A stretch of 64,000 bases of DNA from Desulfatiglandales bacterium (GTDB taxonomy: Bacteria > Desulfobacterota > DSM-4660 > Desulfatiglandales > Desulfatiglandaceae): NCBI GenBank assembly GCA_963666345.1, contig OY762721.1, positions 672,001 through 736,000 on the forward strand. The letters are read 5' to 3'. Below the pieces are notes generated by a model. That model did not search any database, was not told the origin of the DNA, and saw nothing but the letters and a program-made list of their open reading frames with translations. Each line of letters opens with the position of its first letter. Positions within the stretch are counted from its first letter, which is position 1. The position numbers and the translations under genes are program-made. Below are positions 33,186-42,527 of the stretch, one piece after another.

Positions 33186-33286
33186 AAAAAATCCTCCTTT
33201 CATATTTTGCCTGAACCTGCAATAGAAAATCTGATCAGATGGCAAATGATTAATATTTAAGGCTAAACTTCCGAAACAAACGACAT

Positions 33287-33661
33287 TTATTCTGTATGGA
33301 CCGATTTTCTTATAGAGATGTGATCCAGGATCTCCTTAAGATGTTCCTCACTTACCGGTTTTGACATGTAGTAGATAATTCCCAGGGTCCTGATTCCCCT
33401 TTCGAGTTCTTCCGTACTCTTTTCGGTCATGGTGACAATGCCCAGCCGGGGATTCAGTTCCTTGATCCCCCTGATCAATTCCTGCACAGACATATCCGGC
33501 ACCGAGACATCCATGAGAACCAAATCAAACGACCCTTTTCTTATCTTGTCAAGGGTTTCCCAGCCGGTTTCAGACATTTCGGCCTTATAGCCCCATCCCC
33601 GAATCAGACCAACTATCGTTAACAAGGCAGGGACATTATTATCTACTACCAAAACATTCAT
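33287..33661 (-). CDS. Single-domain response regulator (receiver)
   Basis: VLVVDN...[11 protein letters not shown]...YYMSKP with conserved Asp and Lys. Confidence 0.9.
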   Translation of the reverse strand: MNVLVVDNNVPALLTIVGLIRGWGYKAEMSETGWETLDKIRKGSFDLVLMDVSVPDMSVQELIRGIKELNPRLGIVTMTEKSTEELERGIRTLGIIYYMSKPVSEEHLKEILDHISIRKSVHTE

Positions 33662-33717
33662 ACTTTTAATGCCGTAATTTAATACAAATGTGAGATCATG
33701 TTGACTCCACTATATAA

Positions 33718-33734
33718 GGCAACATGCATGCCAA
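33718..33734 (-). promoter_or_regulatory. sigma54 (-24/-12) promoter upstream of receiver gene-sat-aprBA-qmo
   Basis: Minus strand TTGGCATGCATGTTGCC matches TGGCAC-N5-TTGC with exact spacing; adjacent to a sigma54 activator gene. Confidence 0.75.
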
Positions 33735-33880
33735 CTTAAACCGAGCGGCTTAAGCTCATGATATAACTTATTATCTGGTTTTGATGCGCAAGTCAGGGGG
33801 AAATAAATGGAATGGGATGTCGGGCGTAAAAACCTTAAAGGAAAGAAAATAATGCCATATATAGCTGAAATACTTAAAGA

Positions 33881-33914
33881 ACCTTAAATCGGGCTTTTAA
33901 GCCCGATTTAAGGT
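33881..33914. repeat. Perfect 16-bp inverted repeat with 2-nt spacer
   Basis: ACCTTAAATCGGGCTT-TT-AAGCCCGATTTAAGGT at the 3' end of the activator gene. Confidence 0.85.
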
Positions 33915-36478
33915 CAGGAAAGCCCGATTTTTTTCATCTTTACATAAAGGGTCTTTGGATCAATCCCAAGTTCAGCAGCAACTCTTCCTCTTTTCCATGA
34001 CCTTTTGTTTAATGCGGCCAAGATATAGCGTCTCTCAAAATTAAGTGTCGCCTCTTTTAGATCCGCTATCTCAGGTTCGACATCGGGATATACGTCTTCT
34101 TCCATCTTTTCATGAAGTCCGTTTATTTTAAGGAAATGGAAATTTCCTACAGCCAGATAACGCTGTATCACACTCTGAAGTTCACGGACGTTACCCGGCC
34201 AGTCATGATTGTTCAACACCTCCATGATCTTACCCGGTATGGTTGGGATTTTCTTATCCTTGCAATACATCCCGAGGAAATGCTCGACAAGTAGCGGGAT
34301 ATCCTCTTTTTTCTCCCTCAGGGGGGGCAGTACAATCGGAAGAACACTTATACGATAATAAAAATCCTGTCTTAATTTGCCTTCTGCAACCATGGCTGAA
34401 AAGTCTCTGTTCGTAGCTGCAATTATCCTTGCATGAGACCTTTGAAGTTTTGTGTCACCTACGGGGTTGTATTCACCGCTTTCAAGGGCCCTGAGCAACT
34501 TTACCTGCATAGTCAGACCAAGCTCCCCCACCTCGTCCAGGAACAGGGTCCCGCCGTCGGCTGTGTGGAGATAACCTGTTTTGTTGATATGAGCGCCGGT
34601 AAAAGCCCCTTTGACGTGTCCGAAAAACTCGCTTTCCACCAGATTTTCCGGAATAGCCCCACAATTGACAGGGACGAACGAATTATCCCCCCTTGAACTC
34701 ATTTCATGAACCGCTCTGGCCACCAGCTCTTTGCCAGTACCTGATTCCCCCAGGATCAGGACATTAGCCTCCGAACCCGCGGCCCTCAAAATAAGTTCAT
34801 ATACCTCCTGCATGGGACGACTCTTGCCTATTATTTCTCCAAAACGATACCTCTCCTTTATTGAGGATCTCAGTTTGATATTCTCTCGTCGCAGGTAATC
34901 GGTCTCTTCCTGCATGGATCTTTCCCACATGACCTGTTCAGTATCATCTCTTATTGCTGCAAGAATCGCAGCACCGGTTTTCAGGCTTATTATGCTCCTG
35001 TTTGTGGAGACCCAAAACTTCCTGCCCTCTCTGCTTACACCTATTCCCCTAAGTGTTGAACCAAGATCCTCATCGTTTTCAGAGGCATCAAAAACTCTTC
35101 TGAAAAGCTCTCTGAAATCCTTGTCAAAAAAGTCTGTTATCTCCACACCGTCCAACTCTTTAGAGTTCTGACAGCCGAACATATCGGCAAATGTATTGTT
35201 TGCGAAAAGGATCTTTCCTCCCTGCACCATTACAGCCCCTTCCGCTATAAATTCAGTGACATTCCGGTAAAGCATTTCTCTTTCTTCAAGGTCTTTCTGA
35301 GCATTTTTAAGGGCAGTGACATCCCTCAATATAGACAACTTGGAAAGGCTTCCATCCGGGTTTCTAAGGGGAGTATCAAGCACATCATAGATTTTTCCGT
35401 TCCTGGGAAAAACCCATTCCCGCCTGACTGTCTTTCCTCCGAATACCGCATCCAATTTGCAGTCTGAACAGGGAGTTTTGTTTTCCCGAAAATACTCGTA
35501 ACAGACCCTTCCCTGAGCCGGGCCGAATTCATGTTCGAGAGCGGGATTCACATATTCGATCTCGTATTGCTCATTAACCTTATACACAAGATCTTCCATT
35601 GATTTGAGTATGTTCAGTATATTTTTGCTTTCAAGCCTGAGTGCATCCTCCGCCCTGACCCTTTCGGCAATCTTACCCAGCCGCTCTGCAATAGCACCCA
35701 GCAGATCGCTTTCCTCCTTGAGAAAAAAACCACCGCCACTTTCAGGTTTTACAAGGTAATAGACCTCAAGCGTGCCTGCCCATTCACCATTCACCGTTAT
35801 ATCGCAGCTCTGCCTCCAGGGAGTTTCTATGAAATTTTCCGTCTTGAATTCCTGATAACCCATTATTATTCTGGCGCAGGTTATATCGGAATACTGCCAG
35901 GAAGAGGGGATAAGCTCCGCCACCTCGGCAAGGATCTCCTCTATCGAGATACCCGGTCTTTCCCGAAGCTTGGAAATGCTGTAGAGGCAGTTTAATTCCT
36001 TGACGCGTTTGCCGAGATCATATGTTCGTTCCCCCAGGATCGTGTTTTTTTCCTCTAAGAGAGTTTCAAGTTCATTCTTTTCTCTGATCAGACGATCATT
36101 CTTATCCTTAATCCTGAGCATGGCACTTATCTGCGCCATCAGCTCGTCATTTTCGATGGGTGTATGAAGGAAACTGTCCGCACCGCAAGCAGAAAGCTCG
36201 GGATAATATTCAGAGCCTTCATGCTTTGGGCAGACTATTATCAAAGGGATGCAGGAAGTCTCATCTCTTAATTCAAGCTCTTTACATATTTTTTTGACGA
36301 CCGCATTGCCTTGAGAAGGCCCTACTAATATTAGATCGGGATATTCACTGGTCACTTCACTGTGGATCTGATCTTCTGAACCTGAGGAAATCTCTATTAA
36401 CCGTAAAATAAGCGAATCATGCTGAGAAAGCGATCGAACGAGATCCTGAGTGTCGTTTATAAGCAAAAGTTTAGGCAT
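33914..36478 (-). CDS. sigma54-dependent enhancer-binding protein (degenerate REC, PAS domains, AAA+, Fis-type HTH)
   Basis: GESGTGKE, GAFTGA, LFLDEV, WPGNVREL, C-terminal HTH; PAS-like repeats. Confidence 0.93.
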   Translation of the reverse strand: MPKLLLINDTQDLVRSLSQHDSLILRLIEISSGSEDQIHSEVTSEYPDLILVGPSQGNAVVKKICKELELRDETSCIPLIIVCPKHEGSEYYPELSACGADSFLHTPIENDELMAQISAMLRIKDKNDRLIREKNELETLLEEKNTILGERTYDLGKRVKELNCLYSISKLRERPGISIEEILAEVAELIPSSWQYSDITCARIIMGYQEFKTENFIETPWRQSCDITVNGEWAGTLEVYYLVKPESGGGFFLKEESDLLGAIAERLGKIAERVRAEDALRLESKNILNILKSMEDLVYKVNEQYEIEYVNPALEHEFGPAQGRVCYEYFRENKTPCSDCKLDAVFGGKTVRREWVFPRNGKIYDVLDTPLRNPDGSLSKLSILRDVTALKNAQKDLEEREMLYRNVTEFIAEGAVMVQGGKILFANNTFADMFGCQNSKELDGVEITDFFDKDFRELFRRVFDASENDEDLGSTLRGIGVSREGRKFWVSTNRSIISLKTGAAILAAIRDDTEQVMWERSMQEETDYLRRENIKLRSSIKERYRFGEIIGKSRPMQEVYELILRAAGSEANVLILGESGTGKELVARAVHEMSSRGDNSFVPVNCGAIPENLVESEFFGHVKGAFTGAHINKTGYLHTADGGTLFLDEVGELGLTMQVKLLRALESGEYNPVGDTKLQRSHARIIAATNRDFSAMVAEGKLRQDFYYRISVLPIVLPPLREKKEDIPLLVEHFLGMYCKDKKIPTIPGKIMEVLNNHDWPGNVRELQSVIQRYLAVGNFHFLKINGLHEKMEEDVYPDVEPEIADLKEATLNFERRYILAALNKRSWKRGRVAAELGIDPKTLYVKMKKIGLS

Positions 36479-36784
36479 TGCTACTCCTTATAGCTTGCAG
36501 ACATTCAGATAAAATCCCTTGGACAAAAAGATGGAGCAGGCAGTTCATTAAAACGATAACTTTTTATAATATATAATTTCATGGCCCAGACAAGCACTAT
36601 TTTCAAAAAGCACACAGCAGTTATTACAGAAAGGCTTGAAATGACGGCATCTTGACTTCAAAATTAAGGGAACCGTCTTATCGATCTATGTTTAGAAAAG
36701 GAAAGGGGCACCAAACATTTTAGACTGCCCCTTATATCCCCTTTTAAAATTTATTTATCTGTTCATTTTTTTAATGCCCTAATG

Positions 36785-36849
36785 CTGATCCATTCGCAAA
36801 AGGTCAACTTTGAGGCGGCAGACTGGAAAGTTCCACCCCAAGGCGGGAA
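36785..36849. repeat. Degenerate copy of MITE/REP-like element (left end plus palindrome)
   Basis: CTGATCCATTCGCAAAAGGTC resembles the end of the 49074 element; followed by TTCCACCCCAAGGCGGGAA. Confidence 0.45.
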
Positions 36850-36884
36850 GTTATCCATTTCATGAAACAGCCGATGCCGATATA

Positions 36885-38585
36885 TCACACCATATTATAT
36901 TTGGGACCTCCACCGCCTTCAGGAGGAACCCATGTTATGTTTTCATAAGGATCTTTGACATCGCAGGTCTTGCAATGCAGACAGTTTGAAAAGTTGATCT
37001 TCATACGGGGATTTCCGGAAGATTCTTCCACTTCCATCTCATAAACATTGGCTGGACAGAATCTTAGGCATGGATTCTGATATTCTTCCATGCATTTTGT
37101 ATAACAGAGGTTAAGGTCTTTTATCCTCAGATGAGCAGGCTGCTTTTCTTCATGCGTGGTGGCCGAGTAATACACATCGGTCTCCTTGTCAAAGGTCAGC
37201 CGGCCGTCAAATTTCATAAGTCCCTTTTGTTCGTCTGTCGGTTCAGATGTCCCGTACAGGTCTTTCACCTTTCTTAAATGAGTGGAATCAGGTTCTGAAT
37301 AAAGCCTGTTTTTTAGAATTCTTCCACCCAGGAGATATTGCATCCCGCCTTTTATCAACCCTCCCCAGAGGCCTTTATGAAACGCCTGGTGAAAATTGCG
37401 GACCTTGTAGAGTTCTTTGCCTATGTAGCTCTCATAAAGTCTCTTTTCATATATGGAAAGCCGCGAATCTGAGTAATTTTTTTCAAGCAGCGACTGGAAC
37501 ACCGATTCGGCTGCAAGCATCCCGGATTTCATTACTGAATGAACGCCTTTTATCTTCTGGCTTATAAACAGACTGGCGGAGTCGCCTATAATAAGCCCCC
37601 CATCAACGGTCAGCTTTGGTATGGAAAAATACCCTCCTACAGGAGCGGTTTTTGCCCCGTACTGAACAAGTTTGCCCCCTTCCAGCAAGCCTTTGACAAA
37701 GGGGTGAAGTTTAAATTTCTGAAACTGAAGATGAGGATCCAGATATGGATCACTATAGTCCAATCCTGTCAGCAGACCTATGGAGACCTTATTGTCTTTC
37801 ATGCCATAGATAAATCCCCCGCCATAGGTATCATTTTTATGAGGATAACCCATGGTATGGACAACCTCTCCAGGCGCCATCCTTCCCTCCGGTATCTCCC
37901 ATACCTCTTTTGCACCTACGACATAGTTCTGTGGATTTTTATCCGCATCAAGTCTGAACTTATCTATCAGAGACTTTGTAAGACTGCCCCTTGATCCTTC
38001 TCCAAAAACGGTTACTTTTGCCTTGAGATCAATTCCAGGTTCAAAATTACCCTTTTTGGTTCCATCCGCATCAATGCCCTTGTCCCCTGTCCTTACACCC
38101 GCCACCGATTCATTCTCATAAAGCACCTCTGTGCCTGAAAAGCCGGGGAAGATGTCAACACCGTTTTCTTCCACAATTTTCCCCATCCACTCGGTCAATT
38201 TGGATAGAGAAACCACATAATTGCCATGATTGTTAAGAGGTGGTGGAGTGATGGGAGATTTTATCATTCCCTTGGCGGTCAGAAGACACACCTTCTCCTT
38301 GATTACCTCGCTTTCCAATGGGGCACCTTTTTCAAGAAAATCAGGAACGAGCTCTTTAAGCGCAACAGGATCCATAACCGCACCTGATATTGAATGAGCA
38401 CCGACATAGGCCCCCTTTTCAAGTACCGCAATCATTATCTCATCAAAAGATTCACCCTCTTTACCGTTTTTCACATCCTCGTTATGTCTTTTTATAAGAT
38501 TTGAAAGGTGCAACGCACCACTCAGGGAAGCTATCCCCCCCCCAACAAAAACCACATCAACCTCCATGACATCTCTTTCTTCCAC
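36885..38585 (-). CDS. Electron-transfer flavoprotein:quinone oxidoreductase (ETF-QO/FixCX-like)
   Basis: VGGGIA FAD site, EKGAYVGAHSISGA, KEVW, KGVHSVMKSG, C-terminal CPANVYE...NCLHCKTCDVKDP...PEGGGGP; GTG start after AAGGAGGT. Confidence 0.93.
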   Translation of the reverse strand: MEERDVMEVDVVFVGGGIASLSGALHLSNLIKRHNEDVKNGKEGESFDEIMIAVLEKGAYVGAHSISGAVMDPVALKELVPDFLEKGAPLESEVIKEKVCLLTAKGMIKSPITPPPLNNHGNYVVSLSKLTEWMGKIVEENGVDIFPGFSGTEVLYENESVAGVRTGDKGIDADGTKKGNFEPGIDLKAKVTVFGEGSRGSLTKSLIDKFRLDADKNPQNYVVGAKEVWEIPEGRMAPGEVVHTMGYPHKNDTYGGGFIYGMKDNKVSIGLLTGLDYSDPYLDPHLQFQKFKLHPFVKGLLEGGKLVQYGAKTAPVGGYFSIPKLTVDGGLIIGDSASLFISQKIKGVHSVMKSGMLAAESVFQSLLEKNYSDSRLSIYEKRLYESYIGKELYKVRNFHQAFHKGLWGGLIKGGMQYLLGGRILKNRLYSEPDSTHLRKVKDLYGTSEPTDEQKGLMKFDGRLTFDKETDVYYSATTHEEKQPAHLRIKDLNLCYTKCMEEYQNPCLRFCPANVYEMEVEESSGNPRMKINFSNCLHCKTCDVKDPYENITWVPPEGGGGPKYNMV

Positions 38586-39021
38586 CTCATACACCTCCTT
38601 GTTCCAGTTTTCTGTGATTATGATTAATCTCTCGTTCAAGAAAATTCTTTCTCTGAAAATAAGACACTATAAAAAATGTATTCTCCGACATAACAATGCA
38701 GGCAATTCATGTGCCAAGGATACGGCGATAACAGCGGGGCATATAATACCCCCAAAATACTCACTACTTCTTTTATAGCACTTGATAAAGCAATACCAAA
38801 GGCTCCTTGACTGATGTCAGTTTTTTTTGCAGGATGTAAAGGCCTGACGGGCACGTTACCTTTAACTGCCTAATTTGCTGCAGCTTTAATCGTTTCTCAT
38901 ATCTTTCAGGTCAAAGAGATGAGCCATGGCCCTGTTTCGCTCTTAAGATAAGGGATGAGGCTGGCGCTGGGTTATTAATTTGCTTGAAGTCTACTTTAAG
39001 ATCGATCCTTTTGGAAGGTTA

Positions 39022-39999
39022 TCAAAAATCTCTGTCTATTACATATTGTTTCAATTCAATGAGATTTTTTTTTGCAGGAGAGTCAGGGAATTCTTTAAGA
39101 TTCTGTTCAGCCTTTTCTCCAAAGGCCCTCGCCTCATCCCTTATATCTTGGAGGCACCCGGTTTTTCTCACCAGATCTACCACTTCAAGCGCTTCCTCTT
39201 GAGTCCATTCCCCGGAGTTCAGCAATTCTTCAACATACCTCCTCTCAGTGCTGTCAAACCTGGGGAGAGAATAGATCAGAGGAAGAGTTATCTTACCTTC
39301 CTGAAAATCTTTGCCCACAGGTTTTCCAAAGACCTCCTGAGAGGAAGTATAGTCCAAAAGGTCATCTATTAATTGAAAGGATATACCCACGTTTCTCCCG
39401 AACTGCCCAAGGCATTTTACCTTCTCTTCATCAGCATCGGAAACCAGTGCCCCGCACGCACAAGCCGCAGATATGAGCGCGGCTGTTTTTGCTGAGATGA
39501 TTTCCATGTATTCCTCTCTGCTTGTTTTCCAATCTCCCGTGTGCATAAATTCATAGATCTGCCCTTCAGTCATCAGGGTGGTGGATTCGATTATCTTCTT
39601 TAAAAACTTGAAGTCGTTCGCAGCAAAGGCGACTGCACTTGATTTGGAAAATATATAGTCACCAACCAGCACTGCGGAATAATTACCCCACAGGTTGTTC
39701 GCAGAGGGTTTCTTTCTTCTAACATCTGCGTTGTCCAGCACATCGTCATGCAGCAGCGAGGCATCGTGAATACATTCAAAGATGGTTGAAAGGGGGTAAA
39801 CATCTTCGCCATGATAGTCACAGATTTCACAGGAAAGCACAAAAAAAAGCGGTCGAAGCCTCTTTCCTCTTCCGGAAAGGGTATGAGCTACGATCTCTTC
39901 GATAAGAGGTACCTTGGAACTCAGAACTTCCTTTAGACTTTCGTCAATGCGTTTAAAATGGCCCTGATGCTTATCCAATATTTTATTGCTGTGATTCAT
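39022..39999 (-). CDS. Trans-polyprenyl diphosphate synthase (IspB/HepT-like)
   Basis: GKRLRP, LLHDDVLD (FARM), FQLIDDLLD (SARM), GKPVGKD..EGK. Confidence 0.93.
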   Translation of the reverse strand: MNHSNKILDKHQGHFKRIDESLKEVLSSKVPLIEEIVAHTLSGRGKRLRPLFFVLSCEICDYHGEDVYPLSTIFECIHDASLLHDDVLDNADVRRKKPSANNLWGNYSAVLVGDYIFSKSSAVAFAANDFKFLKKIIESTTLMTEGQIYEFMHTGDWKTSREEYMEIISAKTAALISAACACGALVSDADEEKVKCLGQFGRNVGISFQLIDDLLDYTSSQEVFGKPVGKDFQEGKITLPLIYSLPRFDSTERRYVEELLNSGEWTQEEALEVVDLVRKTGCLQDIRDEARAFGEKAEQNLKEFPDSPAKKNLIELKQYVIDRDF

Positions 40000-40236
40000 A
40001 AAACAAATTTGCTCCCCCGCCCCCGGGTGTGATCATGGACATTGCCGTTTGAAATCCCGCTGATCTGCCGGCAGGGAGGTTTATTTTCCATACGGGTATT
40101 GCATGAAATCTCTACGCTGTTGCGACAAAATCCGATGCATCTGAAAAAAAATAAAAAATCCTCCCGCCCATGCGGGAAATACCTTTCGACTCCTTATGAA
40201 TAAGACTCAAATACAGTAACAAAAAATAAAACATAA

Positions 40237-40280
40237 TCCCGCCGAAGGCGGGACATTTGGACCTTTCACGAGGCCATCAA
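40237..40280. repeat. REP-like palindrome plus right end of MITE-like element
   Basis: TCCCGCCGAAGGCGGGACATTTGGA, 24/25 identical to 49200-49224, followed by CCTTTCACGAGGCCATCAA. Confidence 0.65.
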
Positions 40281-40425
40281 CTCCTGGTTTTTATTACAAG
40301 AAAATTAGGCGCCGTTTGACTTGTTCTCATATTTGGGTCTTCACTACCCAACATTTTATAATTGCAAAGATAAAGCATTGTCAAAGGAATAATCCCAAAT
40401 TATCCTAATGGACAATCAAGGCTAT

Positions 40426-41040
40426 TCAGTCGGTATAGCCATCAAAAAACGAAACAAAGTCGAGCCTGTTTACAAGATCTGTAAATATCTCACTTAAAAC
40501 AGTATCCAGTGACCCGGTTCCGACAAGCCTCAAACGCTCTGCTTCCCCGCCTATTTTGCGTGTAACCGCAGTCTTCCCATCGACATTAAGCCTCGCCTCA
40601 TAGGCCATTTTTACCACCCAGTTTCTATCCACAATATCTATCAAAAATTCGATTAATGCTATCTCAACATCAAGTCTGCATTTTGAGTCTTGGCGCACTT
40701 CGAGACCCTCATTTTCAAGTCTTTTTTTGAACACCTCACTTAAAATTCGTTTCATCTCAAAAATACCCACCACATATCCTGTTTGATTAGGCTGTGATAC
40801 GCTTAAAGAGAGGCCTCCTGAGAAATTTTTCAGCTCTTTCTTTGCAATCGGAGTGAGTATTTCGCGATCATGACGAATGTCTGAAATTGTTAGAACAACC
40901 CCTTTCCCCTCCAGTTGAGGTTTCTTTATCGGGAGCTGATAATTTATCTTGATATCAGATATGGATGCGCACCCGAGAACAACACCCTGAAAAAGGATCA
41001 AAGGCAAAAAGATCTTTAAACCTTGCAACAACTTTTTCAT
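40426..41040 (-). CDS. Putative lipoprotein (YajG-like size and layout), function unknown
   Basis: MKKLLQG...VVLGC lipobox; start set to ATG 41040. Confidence 0.7.
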   Translation of the reverse strand: MKKLLQGLKIFLPLILFQGVVLGCASISDIKINYQLPIKKPQLEGKGVVLTISDIRHDREILTPIAKKELKNFSGGLSLSVSQPNQTGYVVGIFEMKRILSEVFKKRLENEGLEVRQDSKCRLDVEIALIEFLIDIVDRNWVVKMAYEARLNVDGKTAVTRKIGGEAERLRLVGTGSLDTVLSEIFTDLVNRLDFVSFFDGYTD

Positions 41041-41990
41041 AAAATGGCCTCTATTAATATTTAACTTGTCAAGTATAGATCTATGTTTACTTACAATAAA
41101 ACAAAATTTGATAGTATAATATATTTTATTGCGGTACATAGGTCCAGGTAGAAGGCCCTTTGATCTGTCTGATATTATTACAATTCAGATACCCTTTTAG
41201 TGATGTTAAAGGATAAGTTCCCATTATATCGCAACTTATCTGAGTGGATCGCACAGACAGCAAACAGGACTTTTCAGAAGTTGGAAAGTCGAAGGACTGA
41301 CAAACAGAAAAAGACATCAAGTTTTTTACCTCTGCCGATTCTATCCTCATAGGAAAACATTTCACCGGGGGTTTGTTTCAGGATATGCCTGTGGGATGTT
41401 TTTTTATGTAAGTCTACGGAAGCCTCAAATTTAAATTTGTATTGACATTGCAGATTTCTTAGGTGTATAGGGATTGACTAAATAACGCTAATATTCATCA
41501 TAAATAGTAGAAGGATTTTGACATATAGGTCAATTTTGGGAATGGCTTTATATTAAAGAGGACTTATATCATTTGTGACAAAAAGCTAAAAGTAAAAACG
41601 CTATATTGTTAAAAAAACCTTTCCCGATTCAAAGGTTAAATGGGAAACGGTATCCACCATAATGTTGAGAAATTTAGACAACTTTTTTATTTCAGCATAT
41701 AAGTTTTTCCATCGCGTTATAAAATAATTCATAAACAACGACCTTAAAAACACTCTCTGAGCAAAAGTTATCGCAAGGTAATAAGGCGGGATTGCTATAG
41801 ATAAAGGATTAATTTAATTGGTAATTTAGGTAAACACCTAATTTGAATTATTTTTTTACCCTTACATCTGTTCTATTTTAGACACACGAAAAGCCTCATC
41901 AGTTGATTTGCCGTTTTATGATTTAGCCTGCGTGGAAAAATGTGCAAATAATTGATGATACCTTTTCAAACCGGTCATCAGGCTTAAAAT

Positions 41991-42425
41991 TTGATGAAAA
42001 CTCGGGTTATTTCATTTGCAGACAGCTTACCTCTTTTTGGAAAAGTGGCTTATTCGATTTGTGAGGGAGTGCTGGGCACCATCTTGATATTTTTCCTATC
42101 TACTGCCCTGTTTCCACTTTCTCTTGCCGTTAAAATAGTTCCATGGGCAATAGGTTTCAACTCGGCGGTAACAGGCTATTCTCTGCTTAACAGAACTCAA
42201 GATTTATTTTCCCACAAGTTCACATATGCCCTTGTTGCAGGAGCGGTAAAGGTTCTGATTACATGGATTGTCCTGAACATAATGTTTTTATATCGAACGG
42301 ACGGATGTATCTTTTATGGATTGGATCTTATACTTTTTCTGATAATCGGAATGCCTTTCAGTGGGCTGGGCGCACTTCTGGCAATAAAATATTCAAAAAT
42401 CAAAAAAGCGAATAAAACTTTGTGA
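41991..42425 (+). CDS. Hypothetical membrane protein (~4 TM)
   Basis: Hydrophobic segments, basic tail; upstream of TauE fusion gene. Confidence 0.7.
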   Translation: MMKTRVISFADSLPLFGKVAYSICEGVLGTILIFFLSTALFPLSLAVKIVPWAIGFNSAVTGYSLLNRTQDLFSHKFTYALVAGAVKVLITWIVLNIMFLYRTDGCIFYGLDLILFLIIGMPFSGLGALLAIKYSKIKKANKTL

Positions 42426-42527
42426 AAGGAGGTAAAAACTGTCTGGTCATATTGTTTTAATGATGTGCATTTAGGCGAGATGTCATGTGCTCCATTTAAA
42501 GATCAACCACAACTCAAGGAGGAGGAG

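Noticed and set aside
41126..41365. 79-aa - strand ORF
   Set aside because: No recognisable motif or SD; cannot be supported.
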